In this document: positions 1 through 10,314 of the stretch, piece by piece
How the letters are laid out: every line of letters begins with the position of its first letter
Position numbering within the stretch: the first letter of the stretch is position 1
DNA from: Cystobasidiomycetes sp. EMM_F5
Taxonomy: Eukaryota
Direction: 5' to 3'
DNA: 64,000 nt
NCBI GenBank assembly: GCA_051047955.1
Contig: JBPGPT010000017.1
Span: 186,001 to 250,000, forward strand
Translations under genes and position numbers: made by a program
The notes under the pieces: model-generated
The model's input: the letters and a program-made list of their open reading frames with translations, nothing else
Databases searched by the model: none
What the model was told of the DNA's origin: nothing

Positions 1-1799
1 CGCGGAACAGGGTGGGTATTCTACAATTACCTTCTGATCAGTTACTCGGCGCTTCCAGCTTTGGCGGCAGCGAATACACAGAGTCGAGAACCCACGTTAC
101 AGCCCTCGCATCCAAAGATGATGGCTTAAATCTAGCCGTCGGCACTTCTACTGGACATACGTTACTGTACGATCTTCGCGCCAACGCCCCATACACCATC
201 AAAGACCAAGGTTATGGCCTACCGGTGAAGAAAATCGAATGGTGTTCGGCCATGTCTAGTGCGGACCATGCGAATGAAGCAGCCGGGCTGGTGGCATCGG
301 TTGACGCCAAAGTAATGAAGATCTGGGGCAGCCAAACTGGCAAGAATCTGATTTCCATCAACCCACCCAACGACATCAACGACATGCACATCTATCCCGG
401 ATCCGGCCTTGTATTCTTAGCCAACGAGGCTTCACCAATAACAGCATACTATATTCCCCAATTGGGCATGGCGCCGAAGTGGTGTCGCTTCCTGGACAAT
501 ATGACTGAAGAACTGGAAGAGGATACTGTCGATACACTATACGACGACTACAAGTTCATTGACCGCAATGAGCTTCGCTCGCTCGGTATGGATCATCTTA
601 TCGGCACTGACGTCCTCAAGCCATACATGCACGGCTTCTTCGTCGACCTTCGTCTATATACGCAAGCTCGCGCTATCGCCAATCCATTTGCGTACGCCGA
701 GCACCGAGATAAATTGGTGCGGGACAAGCTGGAGAAAGAACGGGAGAGTCGAATCAGACAAAGCAAGAATTCCGCTACCAAGCAAGTGGACCAGAAACTT
801 CAGGAAGCCCTCCACAAAGCGAAAGTCAATAAGGATCTAGCGGAGAAAATTCGGCAACGAGAGGATGAAAGAGACGGCAAACACAGTCGGAAACGGGCTG
901 TGCTTGCGGACAGCGATACAGATTCAGAGGAGAACGCAAATGAGGAGTACAGCTCCGGTCATGAGGACGAGCCCATCGAAAAGACATCCAAGAACGGTAA
1001 AACGAAGGCGGGCAAAGGGTCTGCCAATGTTCTCACAGATGATCGTTTCGGTGCATTGTTCCAAGATCCTGAATTCCAGATTGACCAAGACTCAGTTGAA
1101 TACGCCATGCTCAATCCATCAAGCGCTGCCCAGCGAGCCAACAAATCTGCAAAGGACCGGCAGAGTCTCGCCGAGGCTGCAGATGCTGCGTCCGAAGATG
1201 GTGATAGTAGTGATGGCGATGATTTGCTGGAACGGAACCCATCAGCAAGCGGCTCCGGTCGGTCACTGCCCGAAGCATACCAGCGTCGCAAGCTAGAACT
1301 CAGAGCGGCAGAGAGGGAACAGAGCACACACAAGCCCCGGCTTGTTGCAGGGGACGGACGCCTCGGTGAACAAGCACAGTCCAACAGCGACCCAAGAAGC
1401 ACTACTTTTGGACAAAGAGCAGCGAAAGCGGTCAACGGGACATCGAACGGTTCCGGTCGCTCCGGGAGAACTGTGTCGCGCGGCGCAAAGCTAAGCAATC
1501 GTGACGAGGGGCCGATGCGCAGCACATCGGGCGGCGGTATGGAATATACATTCACACCGTCTACAACGACTGCAGACGATTCTAGGACGGACAAAGAGCA
1601 GTTGAAGGCGATGCGGGTTGAGAAGCAGGCGCGCGAACGCCTTGCTGCTGGCAGGATCGGCGCTGGCTTGGAGAAGGGTAGTGGTGCTACGCACAACGCG
1701 CGCGAGCAATTGAACCTCAGCGAGAGTGATCGTGGTGGGCGGAAAACGATGCGACGCCAAGTACGCAGTGCTAGTCGCAACAAGACACGCTTCCTTTGA
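1..1799 (+). CDS. ENP2: Ribosome biogenesis protein NOL10/Enp2 (WD40 + NUC153), 5' end outside window
   Basis: Motifs LAVGTSTGHTLLYDLR, YYIPQLGMAPKWCRFLDNMTEELEE, YDDYKF, LKPYMHGFFVDLRLY, ANPFAY and the NUC153-like DDRFGALFQDPEFQID; stop TGA at 1797-1799. Confidence 0.92.
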   Translation, partial: RNRVGILQLPSDQLLGASSFGGSEYTESRTHVTALASKDDGLNLAVGTSTGHTLLYDLRANAPYTIKDQGYGLPVKKIEWCSAMSSADHANEAAGLVASVDAKVMKIWGSQTGKNLISINPPNDINDMHIYPGSGLVFLANEASPITAYYIPQLGMAPKWCRFLDNMTEELEEDTVDTLYDDYKFIDRNELRSLGMDHLIGTDVLKPYMHGFFVDLRLYTQARAIANPFAYAEHRDKLVRDKLEKERESRIRQSKNSATKQVDQKLQEALHKAKVNKDLAEKIRQREDERDGKHSRKRAVLADSDTDSEENANEEYSSGHEDEPIEKTSKNGKTKAGKGSANVLTDDRFGALFQDPEFQIDQDSVEYAMLNPSSAAQRANKSAKDRQSLAEAADAASEDGDSSDGDDLLERNPSASGSGRSLPEAYQRRKLELRAAEREQSTHKPRLVAGDGRLGEQAQSNSDPRSTTFGQRAAKAVNGTSNGSGRSGRTVSRGAKLSNRDEGPMRSTSGGGMEYTFTPSTTTADDSRTDKEQLKAMRVEKQARERLAAGRIGAGLEKGSGATHNAREQLNLSESDRGGRKTMRRQVRSASRNKTRFL

Positions 1800-1936
1800 T
1801 TCACAGGGGATGCCCCGATACTGGCTTGGAGTTGGATCGTGTTGTTGTTTGCATTTAGCAATTGTTCTCTTGGGTCTTGGTAGCCTACGGTATGATGACA
1901 ACAGCTGTTACGGCTTTTATGCTCTTGCACGATTTC

Positions 1937-3275
1937 CTATTCATCGCTGTCACTTTCAACGTCCATATCCTCGCTATCGGCTGGACTAGCAGCACGCTTC
2001 TCCTCTGGCTTTGAGGGGCGTGTGGTCACAGGCGAAGGCGATTTCCTATTCTGCAACGGCTTTGGCACTGGCGAACGAGACCGCGACCTCGAGGGTGACC
2101 GGCTGTCATCTCTTCTCCGTCTCACAGGCGGTGGTGATCGAGAGTCAGACCTGGACCGCGACCGTCTGTTTAGACTCGGGCGGGATCTGCCGCCTCTACT
2201 CGAAGCTGAAGAGTAGGATCTACGGCGACGCGGGGGAGAGCGAGATCTGGACATTGATCTCGATGACGACCTTCGTCGACGTCTTGGCGGTGGTGACCGG
2301 GATCGCGATAAGGTGCGTGACCTGCTGCGAGACACTGGCCGTCGTGGACTGCGGCTTCTACTATCTCGGTTCTTGTCACCATTGCGTCCGCGAATCTGGA
2401 TATTCCTTCGAGGCGGCGAGCGGGATCGCGAACGTGAAATGGACAGGGAACGTGATCTCGAGCGCGAAGGTGATCTGCGTCTGTCTCTGTCGTCTTGCCG
2501 CGATGCAGACGGTCTTGACCTGTAAGAATCGACGAGATCGTTCCGCACGCGGGGTGCGCTTTGCCTATTGTTCTCTTCCCTGTTTCTCTGCTCGGTTCTG
2601 AAGTGCTCCTCTCTTGCTCTAGCCCGTTCTTCCATGTCCTTTCGTTGTCGTTCTCGATCTTCTGCCTCTTGAGCCCGGCGTTGTAATTGCTGAGCCTCAT
2701 GAGCTTGTTGCCGCTCTGCTTGCTCGGCCTCCTTCTGCTGCCTCTCGGTGATTCTTTGCTGTCTCAATTGCTCCTGCTTTTCCTTATCGATACTCTCGCC
2801 TTCAACGTAATCTTTTCGAATACCGAATGCTCGTTCGAAGCGAGCATTGTCGACTGCCTTGGCAGCAAGGCTTTCGTGGCGCTGATAGCTCTTTATGCTA
2901 CCCCTCTCGGGTTGACCAGTCTTTGCGCCACCGCTGCGAATCAGACGTTGACGGAGTTCGTCGACACGTTCTTCAATCTCTGCGGATGGAACGCCTTGCT
3001 CCTCGAGCTCGTCTTGCAGTTCCAAGCACTGAATCTCGACTTTGCGTTTTCGCTCGTGATCCAAGATGGATGCATCTGGTGCACGATGCTTGACTACCGC
3101 ATCACGAATGTCATTAGGCCCTCGAAACTCTTCTCGAGGCCGTAGATGCGATAGATTTCGAGTAACGTGACTGTAGGCAATGGTCAGACCTGATTAGACA
3201 TCCCGACAGCAGAGATTCTCACCCAGAAGTACCCGAACCTCGCGGAGTGACTAAACCAATCCCGTTGTAAGTCAT
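1937..3275 (-). CDS. CWC21: Pre-mRNA splicing factor Cwc21/SRRM2 with RS-rich tail; 2 exons (intron ~3171-3222)
   Basis: Exon 1 MTYNGIGLVTPRGSGTSG (canonical Cwc21 N-terminus) splices GT-AG to HVTRNLS...ILDHERKRKVEIQCLELQDELEE; long SR repeats. Confidence 0.93.
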
Positions 3276-3559
3276 GGTGTAGTTGAACGAGTCTCACGGC
3301 CTTTATCGCGCCTGTATCTGGATTTGTAGTATTAGACGACCAGACGGAGAGCGGAAGAACCGTAGCGACAGGGCTCAGCCAAGCGAGCAGCTGCGGTTGC
3401 TGGTACCAAGCGGTGAAACGTTGCTGTCCTTGAGCTGCTTGGAATTACGATCTGTCGGACTGCGGTCAAGCTGCCGCTGCCAATTTCAACGAGTCCATCT
3501 CATTTCTGCTTCAACTGCTTCTCGAATGGCATTCGGATCAAACATTCTGTTTAATATCT

Positions 3560-3990
3560 GAAGTCCGGCAACCCGCAGACAGTCTTTGGCAAACCCTCGA
3601 CGGTCCTCTTGGTGCCCTCAGAGGATCCTGCGCCGGGACGAAATCCGTCATCTAAGCCAAATCTGATGCGCGACACGGCAGTATCTCGCAGGCGTACTGT
3701 ACAGGCCCCTAGGAAATACTCTGAGGGAGTGGGCATGCCGTTTGCGACTTGCGCCGTTGCAAAAGATTACAAAAATGCCAATTTACCACCGTAGCCGGGA
3801 TCTTCTCTATACTACCTCGTGGGCATCAGGAGACTGCCTGGGAGCCTAAAGCTTCTCGGATCGTGAAGAGAAGAGCAGTCCGCAATGAAGAACTTACAAG
3901 GTTTCGCAGAGAGCGAGATGTCCTGTAAAGCCATATCGCTCGAAACCGCTGGTCCAGTGCGAAAGCACCTCTGGCCAGATAGTCTGAGCG
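3560..3990 (+). ncRNA. Candidate structured non-coding RNA, family unassigned
   Basis: No credible ORF; many nested complementary segments (CCCTCAGAG/CTCTGAGGG, CCTGCG/CGCAGG, TTTGCGAC/GTTGCAAA, TCTTCTCT/AGAGAAGA, GAGCGA/TCGCTC, GTGC-GAAA-GCAC); G-U pairs and a GNRA loop favour the + strand. Confidence 0.4.
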
Positions 3991-4076
3991 ACGCATTCGT
4001 TTACATCCGCATCGTGTACTTTTTCCATAACTTCGTGAATCATCATGTATGGACTAGGTTTGCGTTATTACATTTG

Positions 4077-6842
4077 TCAATGCCCCCACGGATTGAAGCT
4101 TTCCTCCCCACTCGCAACTCGCTGGCGATATTGCCGGCGCTGTTCCTCTTCACTGTCATCAAACGGTCTGCCGTTATCCAAGTGGTGAAGACGAGCAAAT
4201 TCGGGAGGGGCCACAGCAGCAGCGTATTCTCCGTGTTCGCGGTCCTCATCATCCGCGACAGGATAGGGCTTCGTTACTTGATTAAGCTTGGAGTACGAAG
4301 GTCCAGCATCTGCAATTTCCGTAGGATACCCGTCTTGTGAGCTGTACGGCTGCACACGCGGTAATTTGCTCCCCGAAGCACCCTGGCTAACAGACGGTGT
4401 CGCCCGAACTGGCCTGCTTCTGCTAGAATTGGATGGTCCAGCTTCCATCGTACCGTATGTACGCTTAAACACCTTCTTTGGGATTCCAGTTCGGAAAGTT
4501 GGTTCGACCCGTTCTCGTTCCAGTTCTTCGGCCTCTGCTTCAGCAGCCTCATCCTCAACCAGCAGGTCAATGCAGCCATCTGGGGTCTGCTTGCCTTTGC
4601 CCTTGATCGTATTACGTTGTCCCCCTACATCAGACGAACTCGATGCCGACCGGTATGACTTGGTTGGACGCAATTGTGGTGGGGTCTGCGCGGCTTTCCA
4701 TGCACGCTGATCAGCAGCCTTGCTTATTTGCCAATGCGTGCGACGTCCTTTCACAATGTCCGTCTCAATCTCGCGCATGGCTCGTCTCGCTTCTTCCTTG
4801 GATGCGTCAAGGACAGCTTACAGCCACGCGTCAGACTTACAGACTGTACAGCAAATTTCGGCGGAAACTTACGGTAGTTATAATCGCCAAATTCCAGTTG
4901 TCTTGCATCATCATATAGTTGTTGTTCCTCCTCCGTGACTTCCGGAAACTCCAAGTTATCGTCCTCATGTCCCAAGGTCGGACTGCTTGGCGTCCTATGC
5001 GTGTGCGGTCGCTGTTGCCCATGCAAACCTGCAAACGGCACAGAACCCGCAGCCGCAGCCCGCATGAATCCGAGAGTATCTGTCCGTCCTTGTGTGCGGT
5101 ATCGAGAATCATCGTGCACCACTTCTGCCGCTTGTTCAGGCGCAATTGGCGCGTATCCTCGTCGAGCATCCCGTTTCTCCCTGATTTTGCGACCAATGGT
5201 CTGTACCGGACTTGTCAACATTTCAGCAATAGCGGTCCCAGGTGAAGCGACATCAAAGGGATGTTCAAGTACGTCTGCGAATCTATCGGTCGCATCGGTT
5301 GCAGTATAGCCTGGTGGCAGGGGTGCATAGGCGACCTTACTAGGCCTACGTCCATATGCTTCGGTCTCGTCGGCGCCCGGCATTGGTAACCAGTACTTTG
5401 TCTTGCCGCCATTTGCGTAGCGAAGACCAGCTCTGGCTCGCTTGGCCCTGGCATCTCCGGTTGCACTATGCAAACCTCCTTCAGCAGGTTCGAACGTTCT
5501 ATAGCTGAAGCCAGTTCCTCGAAAGGTAGTCAAGCTATCGTCGAGGACATCTTTGTATCCAAGCAGCGAATCTCGGAAGGCGTGCATAAAGGGAAGTCGT
5601 CCAGAGTATGTGCGACTTTTACTGGGTAGGTAGTCCTTGTGCGAGAAAGCATACAGATGCAATACGGCGAAGAAAGGCATTTCTAGGCATAGACATGCGT
5701 CTTGTATCGCTATGGAGAAGTTTTCGCTCGTGAAACGGTCTGCACAGCAGGTTCAGTCGTACGATATGTCAGGTAGGGAAATATAAGCAATCCTACCAGA
5801 ATGGATTATCCTCAATCTGACCAGAAACGATATTGCTAGTCCTTGCCAGAAAGTAAAGACTGCAGCAGGACAATCAGTGCCTTACACGCTTGCACGACAA
5901 GCTGCCTTCTTACAGATCAACGCTTTTACGCATATGAATTTTGGCATCGGCCTGGCACATAAATTGTCAGTCTTGTACGGCCGCATGCAGGTAAGCACCA
6001 ACCGGAAAGGCTTCAGGTCGTGCGTCGTGCACACCCAAAACATTGCCAGACAGTACAGACTGACAGTGACACTTATATTGTACGCGACAGAAATGTATGT
6101 GTAGCCTGCATCGACATTTAACTGTCCTTCTGCATACGTGCCGGTCGCTTTGAGCAGGATGGTAATAACAGCGAGGACAGGCTTTATCTGCACATATTCT
6201 ACACACGTCGTCTCAGCCTAATGTTTCGAAAAAAGACTGCTTTGAACAGCTTACGTAGTATACCCCGCTTGAGAAACAAAAAGCTGAATGGGTCACTGAT
6301 GTCCAGCGGACGAAGGACGAGGCATACAGGCCAGGGATGCGGCGTAGGCTCCCGACCATGCAGTAGAATGAGCAGTGACCGCTCGCCTCCGAGAAATGTC
6401 AATAGCAGCGAGAAGAAGCAGCTATGTTGTCAACGTCAATTTAGCCAAAATCCTGCATGTATGAGAGTATACTGCATACTAAATGGAAAAGGCTTCGTAT
6501 AGATCTCTAATCAGGTCGATGAGAAATGCAGCATCCAGGGAGTATAGAGCTATTAGGGAAGCCAGTGCGAATATCGGTACCATTACGAGGATCCGGACGA
6601 CCCATCTTTGTCTAGCATGACGCGTGATGAGAAGACATCAAGCTTTGAGCCTAAAGGGCCCGGGGACACGTCGAGTAATTAGCTACGCACAGTAATGGCT
6701 TGCGGTAGTTCTTGAGCTGGAGGGTTATCGACCATAGCGACAAAGCAGTAGCGACGACCGAAGCGGCTGTTGCGAGACTGAGAACAGACGAAGGCAGCGA
6801 GCTGCCGGTACCGCCGTCCGAGCTGCTGGCATTGGTGAGCAT
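4077..6842 (-). CDS. Organic solute transporter Ost-alpha / TMEM184 family membrane protein, multi-exon
   Basis: SITLQLKNYRKPLL..RWVVRILVMVP, RDLYEAFSIY, FLFLKRGILQY.QIKP, VSLYCLAMFW, PMPKFICVK, EMPFFAVLHLYAFSHKDY; last intron gives DYNYPVLDASKEE. Confidence 0.88.
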
Positions 6843-7150
6843 TTCATGGATGGCAGTCCTCGCAGAATTGTATAGCTGCTTGCATCCAGCTCAGTGCAAA
6901 GCCAGCATCAATTCAGATTCAAGTCAGCGTCGTCATTGTCAAAGCACGTGAAAATCATACATCTGCGCGACTGGCGGAAAACATAGCCTGCGCAGCCAGC
7001 ACTATGAGTAGGCATTCCGCTCTTCTACTGTCTACAACGACAACGCTCGGTAGTGCGGTTTATTCTATTTACAGATACGTTCCGTCTAACGATACATGCG
7101 AAAACGTCGGAAATCTTCATAAGGACACGATTGCTTAGCGTATCAAACAA

Positions 7151-8829
7151 TCATTTCCGATCTGAAGGTTGGATGGTAGCCAAAGCATCAAGTAGCGATG
7201 GCAAGCTGCTGGATCTTCTGACCGTCTTTGCGGGACTTGCTGGGGACTCGTCACCAGAGCTGCCACTCCCTTGCCGGACCCAATCCTGACGATGCAGGAC
7301 GGGTACCGGTAGCGTTATCTCCATCGGCGCTTTCTCTTCCAAAGGCGAACTGGGCGGTAGATGTAAGCGACTGAGAGATGACAGCCGGCTAGGGCGGATG
7401 TTTCGGAGTGGAACAGAAAGAGTCGCGCGGTGGGTGAGATCTGCCGATTGAGGGTGATCTATCGCAGTCGACGATGTGTGACCTGTCGGAAGATCCATCA
7501 CGGATCTTCGAGCGGCTTCCAGGGAATTGAGCTCATTCAGTTGCCTATCCACCATGTACTGCTCGTCCGGTCTCGACACCTTGCGGAATGAGTTGCGGGA
7601 ACTACGCAGAGTAGATTTAGCACATGTACCAACTGTGCCGAGGCCTCGTAACGTACTTGAGGGTAAAGAGGACGCTCAACGCGTACATTTCGGATATGAT
7701 CCTGTGGGCATCGCTCAATGACTGCTGCATTTGTGAACTTAAGTCTACCTACTCAATGAAGAACCAGAATGCGTTGGTAGTAGTCCTCGAAGTAAGCCAT
7801 AGCACAAACAATGTCGCGCCGATAATATGCGTGAGCAGGACTGGTTGACAATCAGAATGACGCGCCAACGCCTGTATAGCTTGTTGCAGGACATACCTGT
7901 CTCGAGAGTGAGTCGTATTACATTCATAACAAGTGCCTTCGTATGCCGATAATCGTGCTTCTCCCGGTACAGCATGTATACAAGCGAGGCGGTTATCCCG
8001 CCATCGATACACGCCGCGCAAGATAGCCATACGGTAGGGAGAGCATTTGCGGCCGGCCCAACGGATATATCCTGGAATTGTGCGTATGGGATAAAGGGAT
8101 CCTGTGCCCACAAGCGAGCCAAGACTCCAAATCTGTTGTAGATTTCCGTCGTAAGACCTTGGGTGAATCTAAACGATGATAGGTATTAAACAACTCACGC
8201 AATACCAAGAAGGAACGTCACTGCAACAAAAGCTAGGAAGAGATACCACCAGCGTGTCTTTATGCTAGAGAGCCCATAAACACGATATCCAAAGAAGACG
8301 TGCGACACAGCAGAGACCGTCGGGATCAGGCAGTCTTGCGCTGGATAACCTCATGTTAGATAACAAAGTCGTAGTGGGTAGTATTCGTGTATGCATACCA
8401 GACAGTGACTGCAGTTCGTTTTGTCAGTTCCATGAATGACGAGCTTTTGGTCAGACGTCAACTCACCCAGTAGAAATATCCCCACACATTCTCTTGGACA
8501 ATGCCCTGCACAAAGTAGTGGTACATTGCGATGATAATCTACAAATGCAGAATACGGTTAGAGTGCCAGTATACTCGAGAATCCAAAAATTTGTGGCAAT
8601 GAGAAAGACCTACCATGGCAATATGGAAGCTTGACAGGGTGAATACGATAGGGACCAGCAGAAAGCGGTAAAAGGCTCTGTCACTTGCTCCGAATCTATG
8701 GTAGTACCGTGTAACTTGACTGAGATGAATGCCGTAGAGAACATGTGTCGTGAGCGCTCCCAGTAGAAATCCGCCAGCTGCAACCGGGTAAGGGTCTGAA
8801 GACCCAGGATAGGGGACAACGCCCAGCAT
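7151..8829 (-). CDS. Fungal multi-pass membrane protein (DUF6534-like), multi-exon, low-complexity C-tail
   Basis: GGFLLGALTTHVLYGIHLSQVTRYYHRFGASDR; TVWLSCAACIDGGITASLVYML..RHTKALVMNVIRLTLET; KLTNAAVIE: pattern typical of this basidiomycete family. Confidence 0.7.
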
Positions 8830-9543
8830 CGTGCACTCGTCACCAGGAGAGTACTAGGCTTCGCTTCACCGCTGACTATCGGGAGGGATTGTCCACAATT
8901 ATGACGGTAAGGTTGGACAATTTGACCGTGCATATTCTATCTTCGCATAGTCGCGGAGGTTGCTATAGTACGTTTGCTGGCATGCATGCAACATCCAATA
9001 CTGCAGCACATGCTCAATTTCATCTTTGGTAGTGAGTGCTACCGGTTCTTCGCTCTGAACAAATTGTCTCTACTCGCGACCCGATCGCCCTCACCCCGCG
9101 CGAAGCTGCGGAACACCCGACCAGTTGTATTGCCGTTCTCGCCCTTGCAAATTCTGTCGCAAATTGTCAAGACACTTGACAGACCACAACTTCCAGTCGA
9201 TTGCCAAGCTTCATGTCTCTGACCAGCATGACCTTGATCTTCGAGGGCCGCAGAATGCTGCTTCTTTTCCTAACTCTTAGTGGTCTTATTGACGCAACAC
9301 GCTGGGGGTCGACCGAGTCAGTACGTATGGCGAGCGAAGTGCGCATGACTTCGCAGCGACTTCGTCAAGAGCCGTCCACCGCCATCAGACGCCACTCCGC
9401 AATTTAGCGAACGCGTAAATAGGTCTTGCAATCTGTCGGCCGAGATAGCGGTGTCGGCATGGGCAAGGTCTTATTGACAGTATATGTCGCATCCTCAAAA
9501 TCAATGACCATGCCTTCATTTGGCTGCTCTTGCTGAATCGTTC

Positions 9544-10225
9544 CTATAAGTGCTTCTTTGCGCTAGCCCGTATCTTGTTGTCGAAAGCGCGGCTTTTTAT
9601 GCCAGCATTGACCTCGTGAAACGGGTTTAGCAACGTCTGCGATGCATTCCGCATGTTAGCTCCTGGACACCCGCACATGCTGTGTCCCAGCAAGTATTGC
9701 ACACCTTCACGTAGTTCTCCCATGATTCATGGAGAAAGAGCCTGATACCATCGTCATTGCGCGTATCCCACAGAATGACAAACTTCATGCCTGTCGTCCA
9801 AATCTTGCTCAGCCCTATGCATACTGTTTGTCATTAGCATTTGTTACAAACCTCCAGGAGTCGCCCAACACGAGATGTTCCATTCGTGGAAACGGTCAAT
9901 GCCTTTCATATACCTTGAATGGTATACACATATCGTCAGCCTTCTGATAGCTATAAATGCCAGGTCCTCCAATCTCCTCTCACATCGTAGTCGTTGTCCA
10001 CTGGACTTCCTCAATAACGTCCAGACTCGCATGGGCTACCATTTGCATGACATGCTTGCTGTTCTTGTGCCCGTAGCCGGGCGTTGCTCCTCCGCTCGCG
10101 AACAGCGATGCTGCAGACACAACGTTGGGCGGTAAAGGCGCCGGTGCAGGGAAGCGGGACGATGTGAGGTAGGCTTCGTATATCGGATTGTCCAGTGTCC
10201 CGATAATCACAAAGTAGTACGACAT
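9544..10225 (-). CDS. TRS20: TRAPP complex subunit Trs20/sedlin (TRAPPC2), multi-exon
   Basis: MSYYFVIIGTLDNPIYEA, QMVAHASLDVIEEVQW, YMKGIDRFHEWNISCWATPG, C-terminal LLNPFHEVN..IKSRAFDNKIRASAKKHL*. Confidence 0.92.
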
Positions 10226-10314
10226 GGACTGAATCGGCAGCAGTTGTACATGACCCAAACCTGGGCGCCATGATTTCATGGCTTTTAACGACAGACTGAC
10301 AGCTTCTAACCCGA

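Noticed and set aside
959..1930. 323-aa antisense ORF over NOL10 (similarly 14258-15037 over the kinase and 52874-53380 over PRX1)
   Set aside because: Shadow ORFs of real coding strands; no independent motifs
3630..3675. Hammerhead ribozyme core (GAAA...GTC...CTGATG)
   Set aside because: CTGATGC rather than CTGANGA, and stems I and III cannot form properly
9282..9478. 12-bp direct repeat GGTCTTATTGAC (two copies)
   Set aside because: Two copies only; no TSD/TIR or array structure; may be chance or a TF site
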